A DNA stretch of 61,678 nt from IMG/VR virus record IMGVR_UViG_3300029713_000009; one strand, written 5' to 3'. Position 1 is the first letter of the stretch. The number at the start of each line of letters is the position of its first letter. The position numbers and the translations under genes were made by a program. Origin of the DNA: a virus. Of this stretch, positions 43,443-53,517 are shown one piece after another. The notes beneath the pieces are model-generated. The model had not been told where the DNA came from, did no database searches, and saw nothing but the letters and a program-made list of their open reading frames with translations.

Positions 43443-44432
43443 TTACACGACAAAATAAATCTTAAGGCCTCCATTCAACACGTCTCTCAAAGATGATGCC
43501 GCTAATTGCAGCTCGGAGTCGTCATTATATTCGCTTTCACCCATCGTAGTAGTCAAATAAACTTGATTACTAGCGTTCGATGGTTTATTACCCCATTTAG
43601 TCTTCGACAAGCTCCTAAGTGTTCTCAATAACGTATCTCTGGACATATGTACATGCTTCGTGCAATATAAGTCCAAGTTGTCGAAGAACACATCCTCGCT
43701 AAGACTACACGTAACCGGATATCCCTCGGCTATAATCTCAGCATTTACATAATTTCCTATTGAGAAAGTCCCCAACTCTTTCACTCTAGTAAAGCTTGCC
43801 ACATCTCCAGTCACCAACGGCATCTCGGAAATAAATGTTTTTATGGTTTTTCCCTCAAAGTCTCTGTAGTTCCCTGTTATATTGGACTGCATAAGCCTTA
43901 GATGCGTGAAATATTTTGACTTGATATCTTTAGGTGTTCCATATATAAGCCTATATTCAAGTCTCAGATTATTGACGGATTCTGGAATATCGTACAATTG
44001 GCCTCTTAGCTGACTCTTGCTAAAGCACACCTCGTTCAAATCTATAAATTTGTGCAGATCTGATGTTTGCATGAGGATTCCCGGCATGTCTTCTTTATCA
44101 CCAAACATATAAGAATAATAACCCAATCCATTTATGTTATGAATATTATTAACCTCTATATAAGGGTTGTTTTGATCCGTTAATTTGTAGTATAACGTAT
44201 TCCCTCCCTTTTTCAACAAATAGGACGGCCCAAGAAAATCATTGGCGAACTCATCACTATAAAAATCCCCGCCGGATATACTTAGTTCGGATACATCACC
44301 CATGATAGCGCTTATTCTGATTATACCTATATTCCCGACCGTCAGATTTGTTATAAGATTAAATCTATAAGTGCCAATTTTTTCAAAATCGCCAATGGCT
44401 TTGTCCTCTAATTTTAAAACAACCGTTTTCAT
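43443..44432 (-). CDS. Hypothetical protein downstream of fibre 2 (possible repeat-containing)
   Basis: 329-aa ORF; irregular Leu/Ile/Asn-rich repeats. Confidence 0.6.
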   Translation of the reverse strand: MKTVVLKLEDKAIGDFEKIGTYRFNLITNLTVGNIGIIRISAIMGDVSELSISGGDFYSDEFANDFLGPSYLLKKGGNTLYYKLTDQNNPYIEVNNIHNINGLGYYSYMFGDKEDMPGILMQTSDLHKFIDLNEVCFSKSQLRGQLYDIPESVNNLRLEYRLIYGTPKDIKSKYFTHLRLMQSNITGNYRDFEGKTIKTFISEMPLVTGDVASFTRVKELGTFSIGNYVNAEIIAEGYPVTCSLSEDVFFDNLDLYCTKHVHMSRDTLLRTLRSLSKTKWGNKPSNASNQVYLTTTMGESEYNDDSELQLAASSLRDVLNGGLKIYFVV

Positions 44433-44446
44433 ATTTTTACTTTTAA

Positions 44447-47400
44447 TTATAATGCATTTATCTCATCATTCCCCCCTATATTAACCCTATTGGTAGAGAA
44501 CCTGTTAGTTATACTCCTAGTATATTTATCCGTAAGGTTCCCCAACCCGAACGCCGTGGAATATCCAAGGTAATCGAGGATATCCTGCTGGCCTATGATC
44601 TCTCCACCGGCCTTATTGTATATAAAAATGTCTTCATCAAATCCATACTTGTAAGCTATATACCGGCATTCTTCCAGCTCTATAAAAAGGGTGGGGACAG
44701 GCTTCTTCCATATAGGTTCGTTATGCCATCTTGTATGCGCCCCGACACCACATCCCATCATCCTTATGCCTATGATATCATTCCTCGTGACCTTCTCCAT
44801 CCTATCACAGGCCTGCGCAAAATTTACCTTCATACCATACTTCAGATAACTTTCCCGTATTCTGAAATCTATCCCCGGTTTATTCATCGTATTATTACGG
44901 TAGGTTACCGGGGACTCGCCAAACCAGTTCCTTGGTAATTGCCAGTCATCGCATACTACGATAGCGGACTTAGGAGGTATCAGGTAATTGCCAGCCTTCC
45001 AGTCTGAAAACTCACGCATTGATAATATAGTATACCCCTTGGATTTTAGTTCTTTGGCCACATCGATCATCTTTGTTATTGCAGACCCTCCATTGTCCAA
45101 TGGATGATTAGAGCCCTGATAGGTGTCATACATATTATGGCATATAATGCCAAGGCAGAACGGGGTCCTTCCAGATACGAGGTAATAATCATCGCTCATA
45201 ACATTTGCATCGCCCAAATGTCCCTTCGTTATCTCCATATCGTAAAATTGGATATCAGAGAACGGACCACCTAGCCTTAACTGAGGACTCTTTCCTATCT
45301 CCGCCAATTTCTCTCCGTTAACATACAGCTTTATACTAGTGTCACCCACTATGTAATCAAAGACATGTTCTTGGCTATCATACTTGTCGTAAACGAAATA
45401 TGGATAGCAGTCGTAGCTATCTACCATGGGAAGATCATAGGGAGCATTAGCCGAGCCTGTAGGGTTAAGAATCAAGCACTGGGGATATTTGCCTATTAAG
45501 TAAATCTTGCCTGTTTGCAAGATCGATGAGCAATCCTTTTTATCGCTCATATCAAAGAATGTTATGTAAAAATCACTCAATGCGTCTATTGTCGCATGAG
45601 GGAAAGCCTCCTGAGGACTATTATCCTTAGGTGTAACAGGGATCATCTCCTCATAAAGTTCCCTCAATTTCTTCCAGCCACCTTTGTCATTACGTAAGGA
45701 TGTGGAAAATATAATACCCTCGTTATCTCGTCCAATGGTGAGCGTATCGTCTGATATATCTATGTACAAATCTTGGTTCATGGAGAATAAATCGCTCCTA
45801 GCTTTCAGCTCCTCGTAAGGGAGATAATTGTTGAAAGCCCTTGTCTCCGTATTATAAACAGTATAATTATCCCCATAAACATTAATGGTGCTATAACCTC
45901 CGGGTACCGGTGTGGCCGATCCTGAGGTTTCAATCATGTTCGCACCCGAGAAATCTATCGGAGAAAGCTCCAAGGAATCGTCCCAATTTACGACGATAGA
46001 TGTACGGGAGGTCGATATCCATTCCGTGTCTGGAGAGCTATTCACGGATCTCCTGCCAGACACCACCAGCCTCCTTATATTACCCGTCACGAAATACAAT
46101 CTTCGGGGAGTCAACAAGTCTATAGTGGCTACCCCATCCTTCGGATCTATTATTACCGGCATAGAGTACTCATCACCAAATTCGATGGCCTCCGGAATAT
46201 GGTAATCAGAAGCGGTCTCGTACCCGATCATGGAATAAGCCTTATTGATGACATCCAAACCCTTGAACCAAATCATCATCACCTTATCGCCGCAAAGATT
46301 GTTACGGCCTCCTTGATGACCGGAGGAAGAGCCACCATCTTTCTGAGTCCTGTCATAGATTAATTCATTACCATCGCAGACGAAACCGCTGCGTAACCTT
46401 GCGAAAGGAGCATTACAAGACTTTCCGTTGATAAATTCCGTGGCTTGAATTGGAGGAGCGTGTCTAATGGACTGCTCATGGAGCACTTTTCCGGAACTCT
46501 CAAATGTCGCAAAGGGCACGTCCTTGATTAAGTCATTAATATTGTTACGTATCCGTCCCTTCACGGAGATCCTACCCATAAAGTCCAAATCTATCAAGTA
46601 CTCCGCATCTTGTTTACCGTAATTTTTCACGCCTTTTATAGGCAAGAAACAACTCTCATTCACGAGATTGTTTTTTATTAAAGAGGTAGAGGTATCCCCA
46701 TCATTCCTCTGCTTACCTACTATATTGCCATATTTGTCTATGGCAAACAATATATTGTTATCTCTATCAGTGATGGCGTAGATATAATCGTGATCAACCA
46801 CATAGAACCTATCCTTAAAATCATCACTATTGAAATGGCATTTCCCCCACTTATCTATGGCAAACAATATATTGTTATCTTTATCAGTGATGGCGTAGAT
46901 ATAAGACCCCTCGAAGATATCATTGATAATCAAGCTTTTCCAATTAACATCTTCAGACCATTCATCGGAACTTATCGATATTTCCTCTATAATATTATCA
47001 AATCTCATCAATGAGTATTTTATCGTAAGATTTGGTACTCTCATATAACCGGGAACAGAATCCCTCGCATGCTTTTTGGAATTAAATAACATATTAGGAT
47101 ATAAGCGCCCCAGGTCTATCCAAGTATTTCCTTCCGTAATATCCATCAAATACTTTATAGTCAAGTTCCTCACGTAACAATCAAATGTGGATCGTCCTGT
47201 GCATCGAATAAACATGGCGTTATCTGGATAATCTGATTTCTTGATAATATAATCTTTATAATATCCAGAAGCAAGACCTTCAAATATACTAGATATGAAT
47301 TTTTTATCAGAATCATACCAAGCTAGCAAGGCCGCATTACCTGTCGATATATATCCAGATACCACGAGATCCTCATCCCTGTTTAATATAATAAATGGAG

Positions 47401-47890
47401 TGACAACATAATCGCTGATATCCGATTGCTCTATAACCCTTCCATCATCCTTGGATATGACGGATCTAGGAATTGTAAAGAAATTCCCGTATATCAAATT
47501 CCCCGACTTATCAATATCATCCTTCACCTCCCCCCTCAAGCTCGTCTCCCTCGCGTCCGTGCCAATCCACGCCCCCGCCTCATGATCAGCCGTGAACTCG
47601 TACAAGAGACCGCCGTAATTAACGATCTCGCCTTTTACGTAGGGCTTGGTATCGGAGAAGACAGGGTACGTGTCTAGGCCTATATTCTTGGTCATGCTTT
47701 CCTCTGCGGCAGCTATAGACTCCAACGCTTCGTCTTGTGCCTCCTTTATTTTGTCTATATCCATTCCTGCCAATTTGTAATCAAGACGCTTCCCGTCTTT
47801 ATCATAGACGGCGTTCTCAGGAGTCAAGTTAGCCACCGGATTCCCGTTAATATCCCTGTGCTGATATATAGTAACATTTTTTTTAGCCAT
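44447..47890 (-). CDS. Tail fibre / tailspike 2 with C-terminal polysaccharide-deacetylase-like (CE4/NodB) region
   Basis: N-terminal anchor shared with fibre 1; C-terminal ..VVCDDWQ.. and ..GAHTRWH.. resemble CE4 motifs 1 and 2; internal 39-aa tandem repeat. Confidence 0.55.
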   Translation of the reverse strand: MAKKNVTIYQHRDINGNPVANLTPENAVYDKDGKRLDYKLAGMDIDKIKEAQDEALESIAAAEESMTKNIGLDTYPVFSDTKPYVKGEIVNYGGLLYEFTADHEAGAWIGTDARETSLRGEVKDDIDKSGNLIYGNFFTIPRSVISKDDGRVIEQSDISDYVVTPFIILNRDEDLVVSGYISTGNAALLAWYDSDKKFISSIFEGLASGYYKDYIIKKSDYPDNAMFIRCTGRSTFDCYVRNLTIKYLMDITEGNTWIDLGRLYPNMLFNSKKHARDSVPGYMRVPNLTIKYSLMRFDNIIEEISISSDEWSEDVNWKSLIINDIFEGSYIYAITDKDNNILFAIDKWGKCHFNSDDFKDRFYVVDHDYIYAITDRDNNILFAIDKYGNIVGKQRNDGDTSTSLIKNNLVNESCFLPIKGVKNYGKQDAEYLIDLDFMGRISVKGRIRNNINDLIKDVPFATFESSGKVLHEQSIRHAPPIQATEFINGKSCNAPFARLRSGFVCDGNELIYDRTQKDGGSSSGHQGGRNNLCGDKVMMIWFKGLDVINKAYSMIGYETASDYHIPEAIEFGDEYSMPVIIDPKDGVATIDLLTPRRLYFVTGNIRRLVVSGRRSVNSSPDTEWISTSRTSIVVNWDDSLELSPIDFSGANMIETSGSATPVPGGYSTINVYGDNYTVYNTETRAFNNYLPYEELKARSDLFSMNQDLYIDISDDTLTIGRDNEGIIFSTSLRNDKGGWKKLRELYEEMIPVTPKDNSPQEAFPHATIDALSDFYITFFDMSDKKDCSSILQTGKIYLIGKYPQCLILNPTGSANAPYDLPMVDSYDCYPYFVYDKYDSQEHVFDYIVGDTSIKLYVNGEKLAEIGKSPQLRLGGPFSDIQFYDMEITKGHLGDANVMSDDYYLVSGRTPFCLGIICHNMYDTYQGSNHPLDNGGSAITKMIDVAKELKSKGYTILSMREFSDWKAGNYLIPPKSAIVVCDDWQLPRNWFGESPVTYRNNTMNKPGIDFRIRESYLKYGMKVNFAQACDRMEKVTRNDIIGIRMMGCGVGAHTRWHNEPIWKKPVPTLFIELEECRYIAYKYGFDEDIFIYNKAGGEIIGQQDILDYLGYSTAFGLGNLTDKYTRSITNRFSTNRVNIGGNDEINAL
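46737..46904. repeat. Tandem repeat inside fibre 2
   Basis: 51-nt blocks at 46737-46787 and 46854-46904 are 50/51 identical (period 117 nt); they encode YIYAITD(K/R)DNNILFAIDK(W/Y)G. Confidence 0.9.
47525..47571. repeat. 47-nt island shared by the two fibre genes, copy 2
   Basis: 46/47 identical to 27288-27334. Confidence 0.9.
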
Positions 47891-47913
47891 ATCTTATTGT
47901 CTTTAATAATATC

Positions 47914-48114
47914 TCATAGATAATGAATATACTCAACGATCTTTCCCTTTGATTCTATAGCGTTCATAGGCTCGAAGGCAAACGTGCCATCCATTTTACG
48001 GATAAGCACGTAAATGCGTTTATCGGAAGCGGCCATCTTGATAGCCAGCCTCCTTATGTTCTCGTATGTGGCCATCGCCCTGTTCTGCGAGGCGCAATTG
48101 CACGGCTTTATCAT
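47914..48114 (-). CDS. Hypothetical protein
   Basis: 66-aa ORF; ATGA overlap with the upstream gene. Confidence 0.5.
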   Translation of the reverse strand: MIKPCNCASQNRAMATYENIRRLAIKMAASDKRIYVLIRKMDGTFAFEPMNAIESKGKIVEYIHYL

Positions 48115-48659
48115 TTGAACCCGTATTTCTTGAATAACTTATCCAACGCGGGAACAACCCGCTCCTCAATCAAATAAGCCCTAGCCTCCGGGGTCAAACC
48201 CAGATGACCGGGGCCGTATTTCTTCTCTAAAGCGTCGTCACCGGCATAGAAACCGATGGATCTCGTGACTATCTTGCCACCATCCTTGCCGCCTTGCACG
48301 ATCGGCGTTATACTGGCGTGGTAATCGCCTCGTATGATAAGGTTTGGGGTGTTAGGGTCCCGTGGCGGTAGATGGAGTATGTCGGAGGACCTAGGCGGGG
48401 TTATGCTTTCCTTCATCGCCTTGTACCATCTGGCCTTGGCCCTCGCCGCCTTCGGGGTCTTCGTGGTCTCCACGAAATACGGGTCATCCAGATAAGTAGG
48501 CTTCAAAGGCTCCTTGTTCTCGTCTAGCCCGGACATGAGTTGATCAGTGATCAAGTCATGGATCAATCCCTCGCTCTCCCTCAAGCTGTTCGTAACCTCC
48601 GGCCAGAAGTTCTTCTCCAGCGTCCTCACGGCGTTCGCCACTCCCGCTATCGTCCCCAT
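48111..48659 (-). CDS. Virion-associated hypothetical protein
   Basis: 182-aa ORF in the head-tail region. Confidence 0.6.
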   Translation of the reverse strand: MGTIAGVANAVRTLEKNFWPEVTNSLRESEGLIHDLITDQLMSGLDENKEPLKPTYLDDPYFVETTKTPKAARAKARWYKAMKESITPPRSSDILHLPPRDPNTPNLIIRGDYHASITPIVQGGKDGGKIVTRSIGFYAGDDALEKKYGPGHLGLTPEARAYLIEERVVPALDKLFKKYGFK

Positions 48660-48816
48660 GGTTCCTCTCCATTATATCATAAGCGTCACATAGTATCCTC
48701 CTTCGATCCGCCATTCCCCGGTCAAGGAAGAAAGATCCCTCGTGAGCCTTCACGAAAGCCTTCCTTCCCATCCCGAGGCAAGCCTCATCATTGAACGATA
48801 CCCCGTTTATGACCAT
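48556..48816 (-). CDS. Small hypothetical protein
   Basis: 86-aa ORF; its last ~35 codons overlap the next gene out of frame and look like low-complexity read-through. Confidence 0.3.
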   Translation of the reverse strand: MVINGVSFNDEACLGMGRKAFVKAHEGSFFLDRGMADRRRILCDAYDIMERNHGDDSGSGERREDAGEELLAGGYEQLEGERGIDP

Positions 48817-49655
48817 TGCTCTATACCTTTAACGTCCTCGGCGTATAGCTCGGATGGCCTCTTGAGCGCGGGAGTACCGGAGGACGGGGTAAGAGACAAC
48901 GTGCCGTCATCGGGATTATACGTGGCGGCTGTCACGTTATTCCACACGGAGGAGGAACCTAATAGCGTACCGTACATCTCTGTCAAGTCAAAACCTCCAT
49001 AATGCTCCACGACCTTGTACTTATTCTCGCCTGTAGCCAATTTCTTGACATCCACCCAGACCAACCCCTTCGCCTCGTCCAAGATATCGATATCGCTGGT
49101 GAAAGATATGGCGTTCATCCAAGCTTTCTCAACGTCCTTGTAAACAAGGTTGATCGTAAGCGAGGCGTTCTCTCCGGAACTCTTGAACCTCTGCCCGCCC
49201 GGATAAACGGCACCGAGCTCATATCCCCTGAAATCACCTTCCGTATCGGTCTTCTCGCCATATACGACATTATTCTTGTCGATGAAGATCACCCTCATGC
49301 TCTCGTTCTTGAGCTTCATGAGATTGGTTCGCAAGCCCTCGTCATAATCGTTCATCGTGTAAGTCTCGACAAGCTCGCTATAACCCGTGATCTTGGACGA
49401 GCCATAACCGGTAGCGGATGTCTGGGCCTCGCCTCCGGAAGTGGCGTACTCAGCGATCGTCGAGATCGGATAGACACGGTTCGGACGGTCGGCGTGGGCG
49501 TACTCTCCCAGCTTCGTGTCAAAATCGGATATCTTGAACGTCATACCTACCGGAGTGAGTATGATCGCCTTGATATAGTCGGGAACGAACGGACACTTGC
49601 TCGTGCCGGTATTGAAAATCTCGGAACCGCAGTCCCTGAACATTTTTACTGCCAT
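48807..49655 (-). CDS. Major tail protein (by position and size)
   Basis: 282-aa ORF following the connector genes. Confidence 0.45.
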   Translation of the reverse strand: MAVKMFRDCGSEIFNTGTSKCPFVPDYIKAIILTPVGMTFKISDFDTKLGEYAHADRPNRVYPISTIAEYATSGGEAQTSATGYGSSKITGYSELVETYTMNDYDEGLRTNLMKLKNESMRVIFIDKNNVVYGEKTDTEGDFRGYELGAVYPGGQRFKSSGENASLTINLVYKDVEKAWMNAISFTSDIDILDEAKGLVWVDVKKLATGENKYKVVEHYGGFDLTEMYGTLLGSSSVWNNVTAATYNPDDGTLSLTPSSGTPALKRPSELYAEDVKGIEQWS

Positions 49656-49657
49656 AA

Positions 49658-50170
49658 TTATCTACATGTTATATTTTTTACATTTAATCTTAAATCCTTA
49701 ATATCAATAGCGTCTATGCGATCGTCGAACTCGCTTTTCCCCTCGCCATACACGCCAGCCCTTCCATACCTGAAATTATCGGTCTTCACATGGGATACTA
49801 TCGCCCCGGGGCCTATATCAAACTTGCGATCGTTGGATATCCTCCTTATAAGGCTGTCATAAACCGGATACAACGTAGCCTTGAAGGACTTCTCCAATCG
49901 CTCCTCATTGGTATAATTCCCCAACGTATTCACGGCTATTATCAAGGAAAGGCTCACGGACGTTAAGGAAGGGTTGGACTTGTCCTCGTCGAACGGGGAA
50001 TATAACCCTATCATAGGATATTTCCTTCCCGCCGTTACGGGTGCCTTCCCCATGGCGGAAAGCGTCTTGGCCATATATTGCCAATCACCGAATTGGTAAT
50101 TGACCATATACCCAACGTCTTTTGAAACGCCAGCGACGATATCCCTGAATATATCCACCAAGACATTCAT
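49658..50170 (-). CDS. Head-tail joining / tail completion protein (by position)
   Basis: 170-aa ORF. Confidence 0.4.
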   Translation of the reverse strand: MNVLVDIFRDIVAGVSKDVGYMVNYQFGDWQYMAKTLSAMGKAPVTAGRKYPMIGLYSPFDEDKSNPSLTSVSLSLIIAVNTLGNYTNEERLEKSFKATLYPVYDSLIRRISNDRKFDIGPGAIVSHVKTDNFRYGRAGVYGEGKSEFDDRIDAIDIKDLRLNVKNITCR

Positions 50171-50667
50171 ATATTCATCTCATTTATATGGGTCAATATA
50201 TTCCTGTCAATATCCATGTCCTCCTTGAAAGACTCCCTTATGCGATCCGATATCCCGATGTTGATATCCACCATATTATTCCAAGCTTGGGTCATCATCC
50301 TTGAGGTATGCGCCAATATCCGCCTCACGTCCACGTCATCGGACGTGGAGGATACGGATATTAGCGTCTCGTTTCTCTGGTAATGAAAATAGACATACAT
50401 AGCCATGGGAGACCTATCCGATCTCAATATCCCTAGGATATAATCAAACATGTCGTTTCCCTTCCTGCCATTATCGGCGTAATCGACGAATGAGTCATAA
50501 TATCCTCCCATGAGCGAGACGAGGTACTCGTCCCCGTAGGTCTCGATATACCATACCACGTTCTCCGATATGGCATTGGAAGCCTCATTGGAGAATCCCC
50601 CGTCCTCCGGTATCACGAGTCCCTGTATCCTAAGGTCTCCCTTGAAGTACGCATTGTCTATTATCAT
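50167..50667 (-). CDS. Head-tail connector protein (by position)
   Basis: 166-aa ORF. Confidence 0.4.
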   Translation of the reverse strand: MIIDNAYFKGDLRIQGLVIPEDGGFSNEASNAISENVVWYIETYGDEYLVSLMGGYYDSFVDYADNGRKGNDMFDYILGILRSDRSPMAMYVYFHYQRNETLISVSSTSDDVDVRRILAHTSRMMTQAWNNMVDINIGISDRIRESFKEDMDIDRNILTHINEMNI

Positions 50668-50669
50668 CG

Positions 50670-50867
50670 CTATTTATCTTTATCAAGTGACATTTTCGAG
50701 TCCCCGAAGACGGATGTCTTAGTATCCGTGTCCGGGATTCTCTTTCTTGTCCCAACCGGGGTCTTTGAGGATATATCGATCATGCCAAGCTCCTTTCGTA
50801 TGGAATTCTCCTGAATGACCTTGTCGACCTCCATCTCCTCACCCGTTATAATTATAGAAACCCTCAT
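50670..50867 (-). CDS. Small hypothetical protein after the capsid gene
   Basis: 65-aa version (MRVSIIITGEEM..) of ORF 50670-50939, starting after the capsid stop. Confidence 0.4.
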   Translation of the reverse strand: MRVSIIITGEEMEVDKVIQENSIRKELGMIDISSKTPVGTRKRIPDTDTKTSVFGDSKMSLDKDK

Positions 50868-50878
50868 GTCATTATGTA

Positions 50879-52549
50879 TTAAGAGGATTTCTTGATAGCG
50901 GTCAATACGTCGGATAACTTGCCATAGGCGAACGCCCACGGGTTGTATACCGGCATGATAACCTCCTCGTCCACGATCACCGCCGTCTGGTTTTTCAATC
51001 GGCTCTCGATATCATCGGCGAACTCGATATTGATAGAGGTATAATCCACCAATGAGGCCCCGTTAACCATATCCCCGACGAAATAATACCCCGGCATGAT
51101 ACAAGTGGTCTCGACAACGGGTCTTCCGGCCACGTACTTCACGCCGTTCACCAACGTCACGAGATTCAAGTCCCGCCCCGACGTGTCCTTCAAGGTCTCG
51201 ATCTCAAACAAGGTGGATGGGTTCATGGCGATCATATTCGGGGTATACTCAGCGTACGTCATGACACCGAAGATAGCCTTGACAGCGTCCCCTAGGTTCG
51301 GGGATGCGACGGTGTTGAAGAAATTATTCTTAACCTCGAAGGTAGCGGCGGTGAATACGCCGGAAGCCGTGAAAGCCACCTCTACCATGATCTCCCGATC
51401 GTTCATCTTATGGATATCGAAAGTTCCGTTCAGGTCCGTGAATGTGGTTACGCCCTCGATCTTGATCTTCTGGCCGTCAACGATCTTGTCCTGCGGGTTG
51501 GTAAACTCCACGATAGTGGCTTTTCCGCCATTGTAGCCTCTCGCTCCCTTGATAGATCCGGCCTCTCCGCTGACAACCGCGTCGGTTATGATATCGGATA
51601 CGCATTTAACGCCATCGTATTTGGTGATACCCTTCAGGTTATCCCCCGTTCCATCGCCGAACATGATCTGGAAATCCTCGGCCATCCTCACCCAAGAGGA
51701 TAAGCGATTGATCAACCATGAGCGGACATATACCCTAGACTTGAGCAATCTCTTGGACAAATAAAGGAAGGTACCGACACGCTTAACCTCCGAGCTCTCC
51801 TCCTTTAACTTGAAGGATGATTGGGATAACCGCCCGTTCTCGGACACGAAAGTGGCGTTACGATCCAAGTCGTAGATCAACTGCCATGTCAACATCGGGA
51901 AGGCGGGATCACCCTGATCGACGCTCATGAGATTACGGAAATTGATCTTTTTCTCGCTTACCTGCGTAACGACCCTGTTTTGCTGCTGACTGATCAAGAT
52001 ATTGCCCGTATAACTATCCGTCATACTGACCACGTCCTTCAAATCCAAATGGAAATTCCCGGAGGACTTCGTCTTACCATCTACATATTGCTTGAATTTC
52101 TCAGAGTCAAGGAACTCATTGATACTTTTCTCAAGAGGGCTATCCACCCCCAAGGTGATGCCACGCCCCTTCATTTGCTCAATCTCCTTGCCCATGGACT
52201 TGATGATATCACGAATCTCCGTGACTTCCTTATTGTTATTACCGGAACCTAGGGATTTAAGCTTCTCGCTAATCTCGGACATCGTCTCCTCGTACTCCTT
52301 CCTGTCTATGACATTAGATCCGTAATCCTCCAGACACTTGTTGACCATCTTCTCGATAGTCCCAAGCGTTTGTTTCTCCTCGTCACTCAACTCACTCTCC
52401 TTCTTGGCGAAACCGGAGAAGGACAATACCGGCGCAACCGCCAAGGCATAGGCCGGATCGCCTACGCATGCGATAACGGCAAAAACCACCAAGGTCAACG
52501 CCATGATAGCGAGACCTCCTAAATTCTCATAAAAACCTTTCTTCAACAT
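50879..52549 (-). CDS. Major capsid protein, HK97 fold, with N-terminal delta-like region and an inserted domain
   Basis: Position after the prohead protease; ..FRNLMSVDQGD...W......A.FVSENG.. capsid-like core; coiled-coil N-terminus. Confidence 0.7.
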   Translation of the reverse strand: MLKKGFYENLGGLAIMALTLVVFAVIACVGDPAYALAVAPVLSFSGFAKKESELSDEEKQTLGTIEKMVNKCLEDYGSNVIDRKEYEETMSEISEKLKSLGSGNNNKEVTEIRDIIKSMGKEIEQMKGRGITLGVDSPLEKSINEFLDSEKFKQYVDGKTKSSGNFHLDLKDVVSMTDSYTGNILISQQQNRVVTQVSEKKINFRNLMSVDQGDPAFPMLTWQLIYDLDRNATFVSENGRLSQSSFKLKEESSEVKRVGTFLYLSKRLLKSRVYVRSWLINRLSSWVRMAEDFQIMFGDGTGDNLKGITKYDGVKCVSDIITDAVVSGEAGSIKGARGYNGGKATIVEFTNPQDKIVDGQKIKIEGVTTFTDLNGTFDIHKMNDREIMVEVAFTASGVFTAATFEVKNNFFNTVASPNLGDAVKAIFGVMTYAEYTPNMIAMNPSTLFEIETLKDTSGRDLNLVTLVNGVKYVAGRPVVETTCIMPGYYFVGDMVNGASLVDYTSINIEFADDIESRLKNQTAVIVDEEVIMPVYNPWAFAYGKLSDVLTAIKKSS

Positions 52550-52560
52550 AAATAAATTAA

Positions 52561-53517
52561 TTAATTGTTATTAATAAGATCACCTAGAGACCCTAAAGTG
52601 CATCTAGCGGCTTTATGTTTCTCTATCTGAGTGGAGTCTTCCGGCTCAGATATAAGGGTGTTGCTTCTATATATTCTGGAATAACATTTAGGGCAGCGGA
52701 CATAAGAGGCGAAATCATCAACGGATTTCTTGGAGTTGATTATCTCCAAGATACGGTCTTGTAACTCCGGCTTGATCTTTTCCATCTCCTGATATACCAC
52801 ATCCTCCGTTATCCATCGTGAATAGTCACCGACGGCATCGATCACTTGGCTCTCCAACGTGTGTTCCGGTACTGACCCATAATCGAAAGCCAGCCCGCAA
52901 TGAGGGCACTGTACTATATTAGATCCGATCAACGCTTTCTCTATGATAGATATGTTAGCCTCAAGAGCCTTGAGCTTATCTCCGCTATATCTCTTATTTA
53001 AAGCGTCACGCATCATATTTATATGATCTCTCAAGTCACTACCCCTCAATTCCTTTATATCCATCAAGAATGTCTGAGGATTAGCCCCCCAATGGGTCAG
53101 CGTGCTATACTCGCCCAAGAACCACTCCTTAACGATAGCCGGGTTATTGGAATCCCGCTTCACGGCCCTGACGCCCACGGAATGCTCCAAGGTCTTGCCA
53201 TGATCCCTGTATAGCTTGTAATCCTCCAGCGTCTCTACGCCTATCTGCTTCTTTAGATTGATCTGCCCGGTCATGACCAGATTGCCATCCTCCTCCACTC
53301 CCTCTATAGGGCAGCCAAGAAGCTTGGTCTTGTCATGGTTGAGAAACCACTTGCACCTGTTGAAATTCTCTTGGAGCGTCTTGGAGAAAGAACCGGGAGA
53401 CGATATATCGCCGTCGCTGTCCTTTATCCCGATACCATTAACGGCCACCTTGACTATTCCTTTCTCATCCACGTCTGTGGACTTGGTCTTAAATAATATG
53501 CTTCTATACGGTTCCAT
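52561..53517 (-). CDS. HK97-family prohead protease with C-terminal double zinc ribbon
   Basis: ..VNGIGIKDSDGDISSPGSFSKTL....WFLNHD..KLLG.. ; CPHC..(x63)..CPKC; the track start 53541 lies in the hairpin. Confidence 0.7.
   Translation of the reverse strand: MEPYRSILFKTKSTDVDEKGIVKVAVNGIGIKDSDGDISSPGSFSKTLQENFNRCKWFLNHDKTKLLGCPIEGVEEDGNLVMTGQINLKKQIGVETLEDYKLYRDHGKTLEHSVGVRAVKRDSNNPAIVKEWFLGEYSTLTHWGANPQTFLMDIKELRGSDLRDHINMMRDALNKRYSGDKLKALEANISIIEKALIGSNIVQCPHCGLAFDYGSVPEHTLESQVIDAVGDYSRWITEDVVYQEMEKIKPELQDRILEIINSKKSVDDFASYVRCPKCYSRIYRSNTLISEPEDSTQIEKHKAARCTLGSLGDLINNN

Noticed and set aside
27288-47571. Possibility that the repeated 47-nt segment in the two fibre genes is a diversity-generating retroelement TR/VR pair.
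   Set aside because: No reverse transcriptase or accessory gene is present in the window. The repeat is short, and the single difference is a T/C on the + strand, which is not the adenine-specific pattern spread over a variable region.
48556-48816. Programmed -1 frameshift (G/GT-type tail chaperone) between the overlapping ORFs 48556-48816 and 48111-48659.
   Set aside because: The downstream ORF has its own ATG. I found no XXXYYYZ slippery heptamer in the 104-nt overlap, and the pair is not adjacent to the tape measure gene. This is not supported from sequence alone.
49002-49862. 286-aa + strand ORF antisense to the tail tube and connector genes. Similar long antisense ORFs occur at 55698-56672 (324 aa, inside terL), 39213-39617, 51096-51536 and 30139-30600.
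   Set aside because: They lie entirely opposite well-supported structural genes, have low-complexity Arg/Leu/Pro/Ser-rich composition and lack plausible start contexts. They are shadow ORFs of the real frame.
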